The notes: generated from the sequence alone by a model not told the origin. 64,000 nucleotides of DNA from Octopus sinensis (GCF_006345805.1 NC_042998.1:62001-126000), one strand, 5' to 3'; positions 1-11,934 are shown, counted from the stretch's first letter. Numbers and translations: made by a program.

Positions 1-330
1 GTAAAGCAATGGTAGATAAATCATGTTACGGTACACAGTGAGTCAGTTATTTCAAACTAATACTGACTTCAGTTAATCCGATTAGTTGAACTTTTAAGAC
101 GATTCAGAACGCAGGCAGCATTTGTCCTTGACAGGTTATACACACCCACTCCTTTTCAATCTGCAGACACGAGATGGTTTTTCTCTTTCCAGTAATGGAA
201 GCTTAAATAGTTTGAATATCGGAGTAAAATTGAATTCTGGTTCCTAAGTGCACATAATGAGGCTTATAGTGTTTGTTCGCAAAACTTTTTTTTTTTAGTT
301 GGAAGGATTAGATGCAGTTCATAAGACTAA

Positions 331-360
<30 letters not shown>
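331..360. repeat. (AAT)n microsatellite
   Basis: Ten perfect AAT units. Confidence 0.95.
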
Positions 361-364
<4 letters not shown>

Positions 365-1140
365 GGGATGGGGCATAATGACACAGTTCACTGGAGATTT
401 CTGTAGCATTAGGATATCTTCCAGGCGAAAAAAAGTTTATCTTATTTTGAGGCTTGTCAATTTTCTGTTTTTGTAGCAAAACATTATAAGAAACTTTCAT
501 TATATTTTTCATTAAATACCAAATCAACAATCAGTGAAAAATACAGAGATCTAGCTTCAGGATATCATCATATTCAAGGAAGGCTGAGTCATCTGTCGGG
601 GGAAAAAAATCAATGAAACTAACTCACAACCAAACGTTTCTTACACGACCCCAACTCTACTTCACAGCAATTTTCCCTCTTTCTTATTCAGTTTTGTGTA
701 TATTGTTATATCTTGATATTTATCGCAACATTCAATACCTTACATTGTGATATCCCTAACGCTTTCCTTTGGCCATTGTTGACATTTTACTTCGCTAAAC
801 TGTTATTTTTTTTCGTTTGGTGAGAAACTCTTAACGGATTATGTCGAGAATATGATCTAACCCGAAAGAACTTACTATAAATTCGTTATTCACTCTTTGG
901 ATTGAAGAAGTTGGAGGGTTCTCTCTATATAGGTGTCAGCCAAAAGAAATCATTGCACTAACAGTAACATTAGAACATTTTAAAGAAAGGTTTCCAAATA
1001 ATTTCCAAAACGATTAAAAATTCCATTTCTGCTTCACTATATATTACAAAAAAAACAAACAAACAAAACAAAATAGTTGTTATTATCACTCTAATACAGG
1101 CCTTGTGGCATAAAGTAGAAAAGATTAGTTCTTTAATACA

Positions 1141-1470
1141 AGGTGGGAGAATCGTTAGCACGCCGGGCAAAATGCTTAGCGACATTTCGACTGTCTTTAC
1201 GTTCTGAGTTCAAATTCCGCCGAGGTCGACTTTGCTTTTCATCCTTTCGGGATCGATGAAATAAGTACCAGTTGAGTACTGGCGTCGATCTAATCAATTG
1301 GCAGAATCGTTAGTGCGCCAGACAAAGTGCTTAGCGGCAGTTCGTCTGTCTTTAAGTTCTGAGTTCAAATTCCGCTGAAGTCAACTTTGCCTTTCATCCT
1401 TTCGGAGTCGATATATTACCGATTGGGCATTAGGGGTCGATGTAATGAACATCCCCTTCCACACCTTTGT
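1141..1470 (+). mobile_element. Two head-to-tail copies of tRNA-derived SINE family M
   Basis: Each copy has 'gaatcgttag..cgcc' (A-box-like), 'ctgagttcaaattcc' (B-box-like) and the body 'gtcgactttgc(c/t)tttcatcctttcgg'. The same body recurs more than 10 times in the window. Confidence 0.85.
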
Positions 1471-1518
1471 GTCTATAGAAGAAAGGTTTATTATTCTTCT
1501 AATACAAGGCGGCGTGAA

Positions 1519-1852
1519 GGCGCATGGCTCAGTGGTTAGAGCGTCGAGCTTACGATCGTGAGGTAGTGATTTCGAATCCCGGACTGGGCTGCGTGTTGTG
1601 TTCTTGGGCAAGACACTTTATTTCACGTTGCTCCAGTTCACTCAGCTGTAAAAATGAGTTGCTTCGTCACTGGTGCCAAGCTGTATCGGCCTTTGCCTTT
1701 CCTTTGGATAACACTGGTGGCGTGAAGAGGGGAGGCCGGTATTCATTGGCGACTACTGGTCTTCCATAAAACAAACTTGCCCGAACTTGTGTCTGGGAGG
1801 ATAACTTTCTAGGTGCAATCCCATAGTCAATCATGACAAAAGGGGGGTCTCA
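1519..1852 (+). mobile_element. tRNA(Arg)-like-headed SINE with CORE-like domain (family R)
   Basis: A box TGGCTCAGTGG, B-box-like TTCGAATCCC and anticodon-loop-like TTACGAT. 'cttgggcaagacactt...cagctgtaaaaatgag' resembles the CORE-SINE core. No proper cloverleaf. Confidence 0.7.
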
Positions 1853-1858
1853 GCACAA

Positions 1859-2089
1859 GGCGGTGAGCTGGCAGAAACGTTAGTACGCCGGGCGAAATGC
1901 TTAGCAGTATTTCGTCTGTCTTTACGTTCTGAGTTCAAATTCCGCCGAGGTCGACCTTGCCTTTCATCCTTTCGGGGTCGAGTAAATAAGTACCAGTTAC
2001 GCACTGGGGTCGATATAATCGACTTAATCCGTTTGTCTGTCCTTGTTTGTCCTCTCTGTGTTTAGCCCCTTGTGGGTAGTAAAGAAATA
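1859..2089 (+). mobile_element. Full-length family M SINE with LINE-like 3' tail
   Basis: A/B boxes and family M body. The tail 'tttgtcctctctgtgtttagccccttgtgggtagtaaagaaata' matches the Tx1-like LINE 3' end at 15150-15193 (35/44). Confidence 0.85.
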
Positions 2090-2490
2090 GGTATTTCGTC
2101 CGTATTTATGTTCTCAGGTCAAACAAGTCGACTTCACTTTTAATCCTTTCAGGATCGATAAAATAATTACCAGTTGAGCACTGAGGTCAATGTAATCAAC
2201 TTGCCCCTCCACTAAATTTTTGCTGGCTTTGTGCCAAAAATAAGAAAGAGTTATTACTGTACTTCCCAGAATTTCAGGCTTTGTGTCAATAGTAGAAAGG
2301 ATTATTACTATAATACGAAAAAGGCTGCGAGTTGACAGAATTGTTACTATGCCGGATAAAATGCTCAGTGGAATTAATTCCGGCTTTATGTTCTGAGTTC
2401 AAATTCTGTCACGGTCGACTTTGCTTTTCATCCCTTTCGGAACCGATAAAATAAGTAGCAGTCGAACATCGGGGTCGCTCTAATCGACTT

Positions 2491-2573
<83 letters not shown>

Positions 2574-2612
2574 CAAAATTTCAGGCCTTGTGCTTATAGT
2601 AGAAAAAACGAA
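2090..2612 (+). mobile_element. Additional partial family M SINEs, one interrupted by (CT)n (2493-2570)
   Basis: Repeated family M body and the alternative tail 'aatttcaggc(c/t)ttgtg..tagtagaaa'. Confidence 0.75.
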
Positions 2613-2654
2613 AAACAAAAACTTTTAGATTTTTGTTCATCTTGATGCTGACAT

Positions 2655-2757
2655 AATTCCTTGTCTCTCCTGATGAGAAGGCAGCATAATGCACCCCTTA
2701 TTCATTCGAAATTAGGAATATGCAGCCTTCGAAACATATGTCGAGAATAAAGGAATT
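2655..2757 (+). ncRNA. Type I hammerhead ribozyme (canonical core)
   Basis: CTGATGA 2670-2676; stem II GAAGGC/GCCTTC (2677-2682/2725-2730), extended by GCATA/TATGC; GAAAC 2731-2735; palindromic stem III ACATATGT 2734-2741; GTC cleavage triplet 2740-2742; stem I TCTC/GAGA plus AATTCCTT/AAGGAATT. Confidence 0.85.
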
Positions 2758-3061
2758 TTCTTAAATCGTCGTTCAACTCCATTCTTTCATTTATTTGTAT
2801 TAAAAAACACACAAAATTCCACACGAAAGCACGTGATCTCTGCCCTTGGCATGCAGCTTCAACCGTGTTTTTCTGACGTGAATTTGCTACCCAGGTATCG
2901 GTTAACCGAATTATCCATACTAGGATAATTCATTCAACTACTTATACATATATATACATATAATTTGTATACATTTGTATATATAATGCATACACACACA
3001 CACACACACACACACATACATATATATAATGCGTATATATGTACATATATATATTTAATGC

Positions 3062-3106
<45 letters not shown>

Positions 3107-3110
3107 ATGC

Positions 3111-3156
<46 letters not shown>

Positions 3157-3179
3157 ATATATATATATTATGTGTGCAT

Positions 3180-3708
3180 TATGTGGTCGGTTGAGCTGAA
3201 AATATGCACACCTATGTTAAAAGTGCTGGTGAGTTTGCACGGCAACTATTTTTTCCCCTCAAATGAAAGGCGTGACCTCTAGGACAAAATTCTTCATCTT
3301 TTAAAATGTGGCCCGATTACACCCGAATGAAATCGGCTTATATTAACCAAACAAGTAAAACAATGAAAAGCTATGCCATTTTAATCCCAAGTAAGGTTGG
3401 GTATCTCTGTAGGTCTACTACATATTTGTGAAAAGGGCAGACGTTGTCTCACAAGTAGTTATACAGGCAAAAGTGTTAGTAAATATGGTAGGATTCAGTT
3501 GAAAATTTGCACACCTATGTTAAAAGTCCTGGCGAGTTTGCATGGCAATTTTGAGTTTGCTCAATTGAAAGGTGTGGCCTCTAGGGCAAAATTCATCATC
3601 TTTAAAGTGTGGCCCGCATAGACCCGAATGAAATTGAGTTATAATACCGAAACAAATAAAACAATGATAAAATTTTTTAATCCCGAGCAAGACCAAGTTT
3701 CTCTGCTA
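3180..3708 (+). mobile_element. Two tandem copies of a ~300-bp Helitron-like non-autonomous element
   Basis: Direct repeat 'gaaaat(a/t)tgcacacctatgttaaaagt...cccgaatgaaat...aaacaatga'. Ends 'atccc(a/g)ag..a(g/c)..gg/ag..tctctg(t/c)ta(g)' are degenerate versions of the Helitron-like end at 21427-21450. The second copy starts TC at ~3412. Confidence 0.5.
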
Positions 3709-4431
3709 TCTATATATATAAAAGAGGCTTTGGGTCAAAATTGTGTGCACGTTTTGCTACGTCAGAGGTTGGCGGCCACACCACTGGTCAGATCGAGCTG
3801 AAAATTGACACAGGCGTAGAAGGCGTGATGAGTTGAGTAGGTTCAAACTCACTATCTGGAAAGATGCGGTTGCTATGCTGAGAAGATTCAAGGGGGCTCT
3901 AAGCACCTCCGGATTGGCGCGATTGGCATCTAATCCTATCTATAAAATGAAGAAGGCGAACGTAGTCACAGATTGGATTTTTATGTAAAAAGGGCTCTAA
4001 ATAGGTCTAGAAGGGGATTCAAATTTACAGGAGGGGGTAACTTGAGGAGGGAAATTGATTGGGAGACATTTTGTGGCGCTACAGTGGTTGCTTTGGTGTG
4101 AAAACTGGGATTTTATTGATTTTGGGAGACAGTTGGTGGTCTAGATCGGACACCTTTTGCCCAATTTCAATCAAAAGTTTCAACATGGTAAAGTGGAAGC
4201 GGATTCGTAATTGAAGCGCGGAAATCAAATTTTTTTTATAAATGGCAGAGAGAAAGATAGAGAGAAAGATAAAGAGTAAGAGAAAGTGAGGGGAAGTCTG
4301 AGAGAAAGGAAGAGTAAGAGAGTGGGAAAATGAGAATGGAGAGAGAAACAAAGAGGGAGAATGTGGCGATAAGAAACAGAAAGGAAACAACAGTAACCTC
4401 ACCCGCGCGTAGAGCGGGTCACCTTAAGCTA

Positions 4432-4432
<1 letters not shown>
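3709..4432 (+). mobile_element. Helitron-like non-autonomous element
   Basis: A|TC start (3709), subterminal hairpin ACCCGC/GCGGGT (4401-4419) and CTAG|T end (4429-4432). No TSD and no coding capacity. Confidence 0.65.
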
Positions 4433-4475
<43 letters not shown>

Positions 4476-4789
4476 GTATATATATATGTATATGTATATA
4501 TTTATAAACGCACACACAGACACAAAGCAACTCAAAACGTTAAACGATGATCTGAAACGCAAGATTTCACTTGACTGAACAACCAGACGTAAATTCGAAC
4601 TTCTGCCTTATCAGCAATGTACCCAAAACAACTGCAGTTCTTTTGTTCACAGGAAGAAAATGCAAATACATACAAGTTGTTTTCAGTCTAACATATCTAT
4701 TTCGGAAGGCGGTACAAATACTTGCATTAAAATTATATCAGCCATTAAGCTTGACTAGATCATCGCTTTAAATGGGTTTTGTTACTCAC

Positions 4790-4938
4790 GAAGCAGAAAG
4801 TGTTATAGCAGAGCTATTCTTTCTAATTTGCCGCACTCTAAACATTTCCAATACAGATTGATAATTGGCAAAAGTGAAAAACAGCGTAAATAACTTTTCA
4901 CTTTGAAAGAATGAATTATATTTATCGATATCATTCTG
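4790..4938 (-). CDS. Candidate isolated 149-nt exon (QNDIDKYNSFFQSEKLFTLFFTFANYQSVLEMFRVRQIRKNSSAITLSAS), product unknown
   Basis: Minus-strand polypyrimidine acceptor 'cttttctccgctctgtatcatttccag', open frame and GTGAGT donor. No recognisable homology. Confidence 0.2.
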
Positions 4939-5548
4939 CTGGAAATGATACAGAGCGGAGAAAAGACACCTCTCTCTTCCACAAACATACGCATACACAC
5001 GAGTGCACGTATGTGTCGTGTTTTACTGGTACAAGTATTAAAGCGTTCAACACACTCATGTACAGTCTGCTACATATGTATAAACGTAAACATAACTATA
5101 TGGTAAAGTTAGATAAGGTAAAGCATAGCTATCTAACACACACACACACACGCACACACACGCGTGATAATTAAGGTTCGTTTATTCCTGTAACTTTTCA
5201 GAGTTCTAGTCTTGCAAGGATCAATGCTAATTTATCGATAAAAAGAAGTCGACAATTAGAATCAAGCTATTTATTGTAAAGAATGTAAGCTAGCGTAGTG
5301 TTTCTCATAGAAGTGAAAAATAGCCCCTACCGAGGGCCGTCTTAACAGCATCATAGGCTCCCGGGCAAATCAATGCTCTGGTATTGTATTTATTTATTGC
5401 TAGTTAATCACAACATACATAGATTATAATTGGGCCCCTCGACCCGTGAGACCTCCAGAAGTATCGTTTTAAGGTATGGGCAAAGTGGACAGATCTAGGG
5501 GTCCAATTCTGGTCCATGTATGCTATAGCTTGTCAATAATAAAATATA

Positions 5549-5760
5549 AGGCGGCGAGCTGGTAGAATTGCTACCGTGCTGGGCAAAATGTCGTCTTTAT
5601 TTTCTGAGTTCAAAAGCCGCTGAGGTCGACTTTGCTTTCATCCTTTCGGGCTGATAAAATAAGTGCCAGTTGAGCACTGGGGTCGATGCAATTGATTTAC
5701 CCCTTCCCCGAAATTGGTGGCCTTCAGCCAAAATTTGAAACCAGTAATAAACTACAGTAA
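5549..5760 (+). mobile_element. Family M SINE
   Basis: 'ggcggcgagctggtagaattg...ctgagttcaaa..gtcgactttgctttcatcctttcggg...ccagttgagcactggggtcgat'. Confidence 0.85.
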
Positions 5761-6249
5761 TAAACAACCATCCAGCACACTGGATGGTTGTCCCGGAGCC
5801 CAAATTTGTCCCGGAGCCCGAATTTAATCTATATATATATATTGTAGCTTGCCGTCAATAAATAAATACTATAAGGATTAGCACATCGGACAGCTGTTCT
5901 GCAGCCCAATGGGCCTAGAAGCCAATTCTTATCTAAGTTTGGTGGTTTGCTGTCAATCAACGATTAAAATAGAGCTCAGTGCATTAATCTGCCCGGGGGT
6001 CGATAATGCTGGTGGTACAGCCCTGACCCGCGGACAACTGCTAGTAAGCCTATGCCTTAAGACTGTACAGATCCCATACTTGGATGGGTCAGTGAGAATT
6101 AAAACTGGTGTGTGTATGGGGGAGGGGGGCAAATTGCCATGTTTACTATCATTAATATGTTTAAAACTTTTAAATCTTGTCCAACACGATTTGTGAAGAA
6201 AGAAGAATTTAGGTACAAACATTTTTTTTTATCTCAAGAAGAACAGTGA

Positions 6250-6460
6250 AATGCTCCGAGCTAGTAGAATAGTCAACGCGTCGGGTAAAAAACATTATGG
6301 TACTTGTGTTGACTCTTTACATTTCAAGTTCAAATTCTGCAGATGTCAACATTGTTTTCCTTTCATAAGGGGTCAATAAATGAAGTACCATGGAGTTATG
6401 ATATCGACGAACCCTGTCTTCCGAAAACTGTTGGCGTTCTGTCTAAATCAGAAACCATTA
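6250..6460 (+). mobile_element. Degenerate family M SINE
   Basis: Recognisable 'gagctagtagaat', 'agttcaaattctgc' and 'ggggtcaataaa..agtacc'. Confidence 0.6.
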
Positions 6461-6584
6461 TGAGAGTGGAGTGCCCTGCCAAATGTTCTCGTTTTGGTTA
6501 GGGAATTCGTATTTATTAATCTGAGAACCACTGCGCTGGCTCTCAACTACAGCAGTGTTTTTACTCTTATAACTTGACGAATCG

Positions 6585-6862
6585 TCGCTGTGGTCGTCGC
6601 CGGCATGGCTGCGGCCGCTGCTGTCGTTGCAACCACTACCAATGGCTGCGGCCGCTGGTTTCTTTTACCACCGCTGCTGCTCCTGTTGCTGTCACTGTTG
6701 CAACCACTGCTGCCACCGACGCCGACGCCAACACCACCACCACCACCACCACCACCACCACCACCATTACTAAAACTAATACTACCATCACCACTACTAC
6801 TACTACTACTACTGCTGCTACTGCTGCTGCTGCTGCTGCTGCCGCCACTACTACTACAACAA
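6585..6862. repeat. Cryptic triplet repeat (GCT/GCC/CAC/TAC)n
   Basis: Successive runs of CAC, TAC and TGC in one triplet phase. Confidence 0.85.
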
Positions 6863-7091
6863 ATTTTTATAAGTTGGTAGGAATGTCAGTTGTGTGTATC
6901 ACAATATTCTGCTTTATACTGTCTTGTCCCAGCTATTTATTCAATTCACTAAGATATGCTTCTTTATCACCGTTTTTAAACGGAGGTAGGGAACAAACAC
7001 AAATACACCCACACACATATATACAATTTTATATATATTACACACACACACGCATGCATACACATCCGTATATCTATCTATCTATCTATCT

Positions 7092-8209
7092 CAGTAGTGG
7101 GATGCTGGACCGACTGGCCGGTCAAGTTGCTCGGGGTCTAGTTCGGTCCGGACCTCCAAACGGAGAAGAACTGGGACGAGATAACGAGTAGAGTGGCCAC
7201 TCTCTCCCTGCAAAAGGTGGGGCGTAGGTGGCGAACGCGTACATCGCATCCGTCATCAACTATTACCTGACCGTCGTGCCTTGTCCCGACCCTACCATCA
7301 CCAAACTGGAACGCACCCTCTTCCGCTTCTTGTGGAAAGGAAGCGTTCCGATGGTCAGGCGATCCGTTTGCTGCCAACACCCGCTGAAAAGAGGGATGGG
7401 CAAGCCGTAGTTGATGATGCGTAGACATGCACTGAGACTGCGACATCTCCGGCTCTACTTAGATGACGGTGGACAGATGTGGTCACCATTTGTGCGACGT
7501 GCTTTCCTGTAGCTCGTCTCCATGACCGAGCTGCAGTCGTGGATCAAGAAGAGACCGAGGAAGGGCGAATGGCACTGCGAGTATCGCGTTGCTCTGGAGC
7601 AACTCTGCCGTCCTGGGTCGACCTTAAGCGACTACATCACAACCAAAGCATTCTATAGAGGATTAATGGAGGGGAGGTACAACGTTGATCTCGGGGTGAA
7701 TCTGGGCGTTGACGTTGAATACCTGACCTGCCTGTTCAAGTCGACTTTCGGGCCGGGACCTATGGACAACTTCCAGAGATCCCTGGTCTGGCAGTGCTAT
7801 CGAGAAGCGCTACCCGTTCGGGATAAGCTCTACAGGCACGGCTCAAAAAACACCGGCCCGACCTGCCCGAGATGCGGTCAGAGCGACGAAACCGTTCTGC
7901 ACGCACTAGTGCAGTGTCCAACCATTTCCGACCTGTGGGCTTATGCCGAGCGACCGCTTTCACGTATGGGATGAGTCGGTTTATCAGTCGAGTCTATCAT
8001 CAATATCGTCACGCCTCCTTCCTTCAAACGGGAAGAAAGAGCTATTTTCATCGTACTAGTGGCTATGGCGAAAGAATGTGTCTGGTGGACGCATTTAAAA
8101 GGATTAGAGGCAAACACCCTCTCTGATCAATCTCTCATCAACTTTTTCAAGTATCACTTGAAAAAGAAGGTGAGAGTAGAGAGGCAAGTTTTTTGTCTAG
8201 CGAATGTTT
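7092..8209 (+). pseudogene. L1/Tx1-clade LINE ORF2 fragment (RT C-terminus + zf-RVT CCHC), 5'-truncated and degenerate
   Basis: Translates as 'VKLLGV*FG', 'KLERTLFRFLWKG', 'VWQCYREALPVRDKL' and 'CPRCGQSDETVLHALVQCP'. Contains stops and frameshifts. Preceded by (TATC)n. Confidence 0.8.
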
Positions 8210-9211
8210 ACGAGTAGTTTTCACGCTTTAGGAACGGTCACTTGTTGCTTGAAAGCCAGCCTCATTCAGAGTGACCGTCGACCTCCCGAACGAATGAAAA
8301 CATCATGAAAATTCAAGATTTGATCTTGGAGGACGGTCACCGAACAATTAACGAATTTGTTGATATGACTAACGTGTCCTGGAGTTCCTGCCTATGAATA
8401 TTGAGAGAGAAAATGTAAATGAAAAGCGTTGCAGCAAAAGTTGTGCCTCGCTTGCTCACGGTAGATCAAAAGCAGTCACGGTAGAATGCGTGTCGTGAAC
8501 TGAAAGAACAGTTGGAAGTTGATACGTACCTTTTTTCGAAGATCATCACCGGTGACGAAAGCTGATGCTACGGCTACGACCCGGAAACGAAGCAACAATC
8601 AAGTCAATGAAAGCATTCAATGCCACCACGCCTCACAAAACCGTGTCAAGTGAAGTCCAATGTCAAGACAATGCTGATTCGTTTCAACGACGCGAAAAGA
8701 ATTGTCTACACAGAATTTATTCCGCTCGGTCAAAATGTCAAGCAGACATTTTCCATTTGTAGTTCTGAAGCGTTTGCGAGATGCGGTGAGACGAAAACGC
8801 CCCTGTGACAAAGTAGAGGGTAGTGGTTTCATCACTGCAATGCGCCTGCGCACACCGATTTGAGTGTGAAACAGTTTTTGACCAAAAATGGGATGACCCC
8901 GCTTACCCACCCTCCCTATTACCCGATCTTACTCACTGCGATTTTTTTCTATTTCACCGAATGAAAAATGTCCTTTAAGGAAAATGTTTTGCAGATGTGG
9001 AAGAGGAGAAGAAAAAAAAACCGATAGAGGCGTTAAAAGGCATCACTTCGCAAGAGTTCCAGGACAGCTTCGAACAGTGGAAAATGCGTCTGGACAGATG
9101 CATTGCTTCAAATGGAGAATACTTTGAAGGTGATAAAAGTGTAAACGTGTACAACTTAAGTGAATAAAACAATATTGCGAAATTCCGGTTTCTTTTGGGT
9201 ACCCCTTCGTA
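8205..9211 (+). mobile_element. Decayed mariner (Tc1/mariner) transposon, 5' end missing
   Basis: Motifs VPRLLT, IITGDE..YGYDPETKQQS, HH(C)NAPAH, HPPY-PDL..CDFFLF and RCIASNGEYFEGD. Right TIR 'ccggtttcttttgggtaccccttcg' followed by TA (9210-9211). Confidence 0.85.
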
Positions 9212-9291
9212 TGTTGTTACTTTGAAAATTGCTTTCTGCCAAATAAAAAAAAAAATAAGCAAACAATTTAATATTATTTCAAACTTTAGCA

Positions 9292-9660
9292 CAAGGTCAA
9301 CAATTTCGGGGAGGGGCGTCAGTCAATGACATCCACCTCTGTGCTCGACTGGTACTTGTTTTACCGACTCCTAAAAGATGAAAGACAAAATCGACATCAG
9401 CGGAATTTGAACTCAGAACATAATGACGAAAGAAATGCTGCATAGCATTTTTCCCGGCGTGCTAACAATTCTGCTAGCATACCACCTTTAAGCAAATGGT
9501 CTAATGCTGGTTTCAAATTTTGGTACGAGGTCAGCACGTTCGGGGATAAATCGATTACTTCAACCCCATTGTTCAGTTTACACTTATTTTATCGACCTCG
9601 GAATGATAACGGGCATCGTCGGCCTCGGTGAAATTTGAACTCAGAATATAAAAAACAGAC
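9292..9660 (-). mobile_element. Two family M SINEs in reverse orientation
   Basis: 'ggaatttgaactcagaac' and 'gaaatttgaactcagaat' are reverse complements of the B-box region, with flanking body sequence. Confidence 0.75.
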
Positions 9661-11934
9661 GAAAACCAAACCATCTCTCATTAAAAACTACAACGTTAAT
9701 GTTAGTTATGAAGTTTTTAGTAGTAATAAATCTGGAACTGAGACAATTTCATTAGAAAACCATATTTTGGCATCAATGTAATGTTTCTTTTTGGTGTTTA
9801 CAGTGTCTTTTTCCTTTTTCCAGATACCTCAAGTTTCCTTTCTTATTTTGTGGCTAAATGTACGGTTTATGTAAATTCAGATCTCTCGGAGACCTGATTT
9901 GTTTTTGTCCCACTCTTGTGGTACGTGTATGTTATCCTCGAGAATTGTAGCGAAAGCAAAGTTGCCAGCGGTAAGGTTTTCCACTCAAACCACACTTTTA
10001 GGCTTCAATTGTTACTTATTTCTTATAACGGAAGTCATCTGTCGCATTGTAGTCTATGTTAGAAAAGCTCTCTTTGGCTCCTAATATCTCAACTCTCCTC
10101 TTACTTGTACTAATCCAACCCTTCCTTCCCAGAATAAAAACCTTCGAAACTTATTCCATGCCAACGTTTTCTTTTCAACATCAACCAGTAAAATTTAAAA
10201 TCAAACACCAATCGCATCAATTTATTAGTCTGGGAAGTTCTACAAGCAAGTCTGTTTCCTGACAATTTGCGCTATTACTGTGTCGTAGTTACTCAATGAA
10301 AGCACACTTTAGTAGATGTCCGTTGTTTATCCGACTCGACACAATGACTGAGATTTGTAGGAAGAGGAACTGAATGTTGTGACATCTGTACGTTTCCCAA
10401 AGACAGGCAATAGGTCATGATATTGTTTCAACGACAGGTCAATTCTGACGTGTAACAACATTTTTGTCTGTCTATTTTGCGGATCATTTAAATGATCACG
10501 ATAGGAGTTGTGTATTTCTTGAGTCGCTACGAGTATTTCGATACTGAAATACAATTGTTGCATAATATACACTGCATGCAATGTAGCATAATTGCAAAGG
10601 AGAAAGCTAGAAGAATAGAAAAATAGACTTAAAAATAATAAACATTGCTAACAAGATATTTAATGACTCTTTCCACTTAAGCAAAAATTATCAACCACTC
10701 TCTTAGAATAGCAAATATAATTGATAAATGAAGGGCAAAAAAGAAAAAAAAAGAATGACTGATGGCTTGTTCTGTATTTCCAAAATATAATTTAAAGAGA
10801 AAAATAATAATTTAAATAAGAGGAAGTTCAAGTTATCAGTATTTGAGTAAAGTGTTGGTTTTTATACTTTAAGAATTAATGAATATCTTTTATAAGTTAT
10901 TAACATAAAGCATGAATGATATTAATTTAGTAATATAAATAGCGTTATTTGTTTTATTGACTTATCACTGATGACAAACAAATCCAACTCTCCTGGTATC
11001 TGAATTTGGAATCAAGATGGCCGAGACTGTCGTTTTACCTTCTCAATCATTTCCATTGCTTTACATGGTTGTTGTAATAGAAGAGTAAAAATGAGAATAC
11101 AACACAAATCAATGCATTTATAATTGAACTGTGACTGCTCAAAGGAAATATACATGTATATATTTAAATTTAAACATAGACTGAGGTGGACAAGAGGCCC
11201 TGGAGAAGGAAAAAATAGCGAGGAGCAGCAGACTTTTTTGGTTTTATTTGAAGGAAGGAGCTGAGCTCATTGCCTTTGCAGACCCGTCGAGACCGGCGAG
11301 ATTTATGTTATCGTTTTGCTTGAACTGTTAATTTAGTTTGTCGTTTTATTGCTCCAAACATCTCTATTGTTAAACACCGATTCTAAATTGTAAGAATAAA
11401 AATGAATATTAAACTGACAATACAACAAAAATTAATGAGTTTATAATTGAACTGGGAAAGTCCAAAGAACATATGTGCCTATATTTATATTACGTTGTAG
11501 ACATAAGTGGACAAGATACTTCGAGGAAGAAAAATAGCTAGCATAATAAATCGACAATGCACTGGAAATAAGCGAGTTTATAATTGAACTGCGACTGTTC
11601 AAAGATTACATTTTAGACACTCGACTAGAATCATCCTCTAAAGCTCACAGTGCTACTAAACAATAAATTTGAAATGATTCTAGGTATGGTTATAGAGGAA
11701 AGACAGACAACTGTACATGCAGTTTTAACAACGAATTGCATTACTTTATAATATAGGTAGGACACCGTTTTAGATACTATGGGTAAATTATAAATGATGA
11801 GAATCCGAGGATGCGCAGCGTTGTGAGCATAATAAATAAGCTGCATATTTTCTAATTTTATGAAAGGATAGATATGCACGAATATTATTTTGGTCTTAAG
11901 GCTTAAACTGTTCTCCTTTTCATATAATTTTTCA

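Noticed and set aside
840-852. Second hammerhead suggested by a 13-nt match (TATGTCGAGAATA) to the 2739-2750 cleavage region
   Set aside because: No CTGANGA core or stem II-GAAA upstream.
1519-1595. tRNA-Arg gene
   Set aside because: A/B-box-like motifs are present, but the anticodon and acceptor stems do not pair and the sequence continues into a SINE body.
5828-6044. Further Helitron-like element (A|TC ... CTAG|T)
   Set aside because: The termini fit, but there is no convincing subterminal hairpin and no second copy in the window; the TC start lies in an AT run.
6574-7191. 205-aa ORF with poly-Thr/poly-Ala as a host gene
   Set aside because: It is assembled from a triplet repeat, CA/TATC microsatellites and an off-frame LINE edge.
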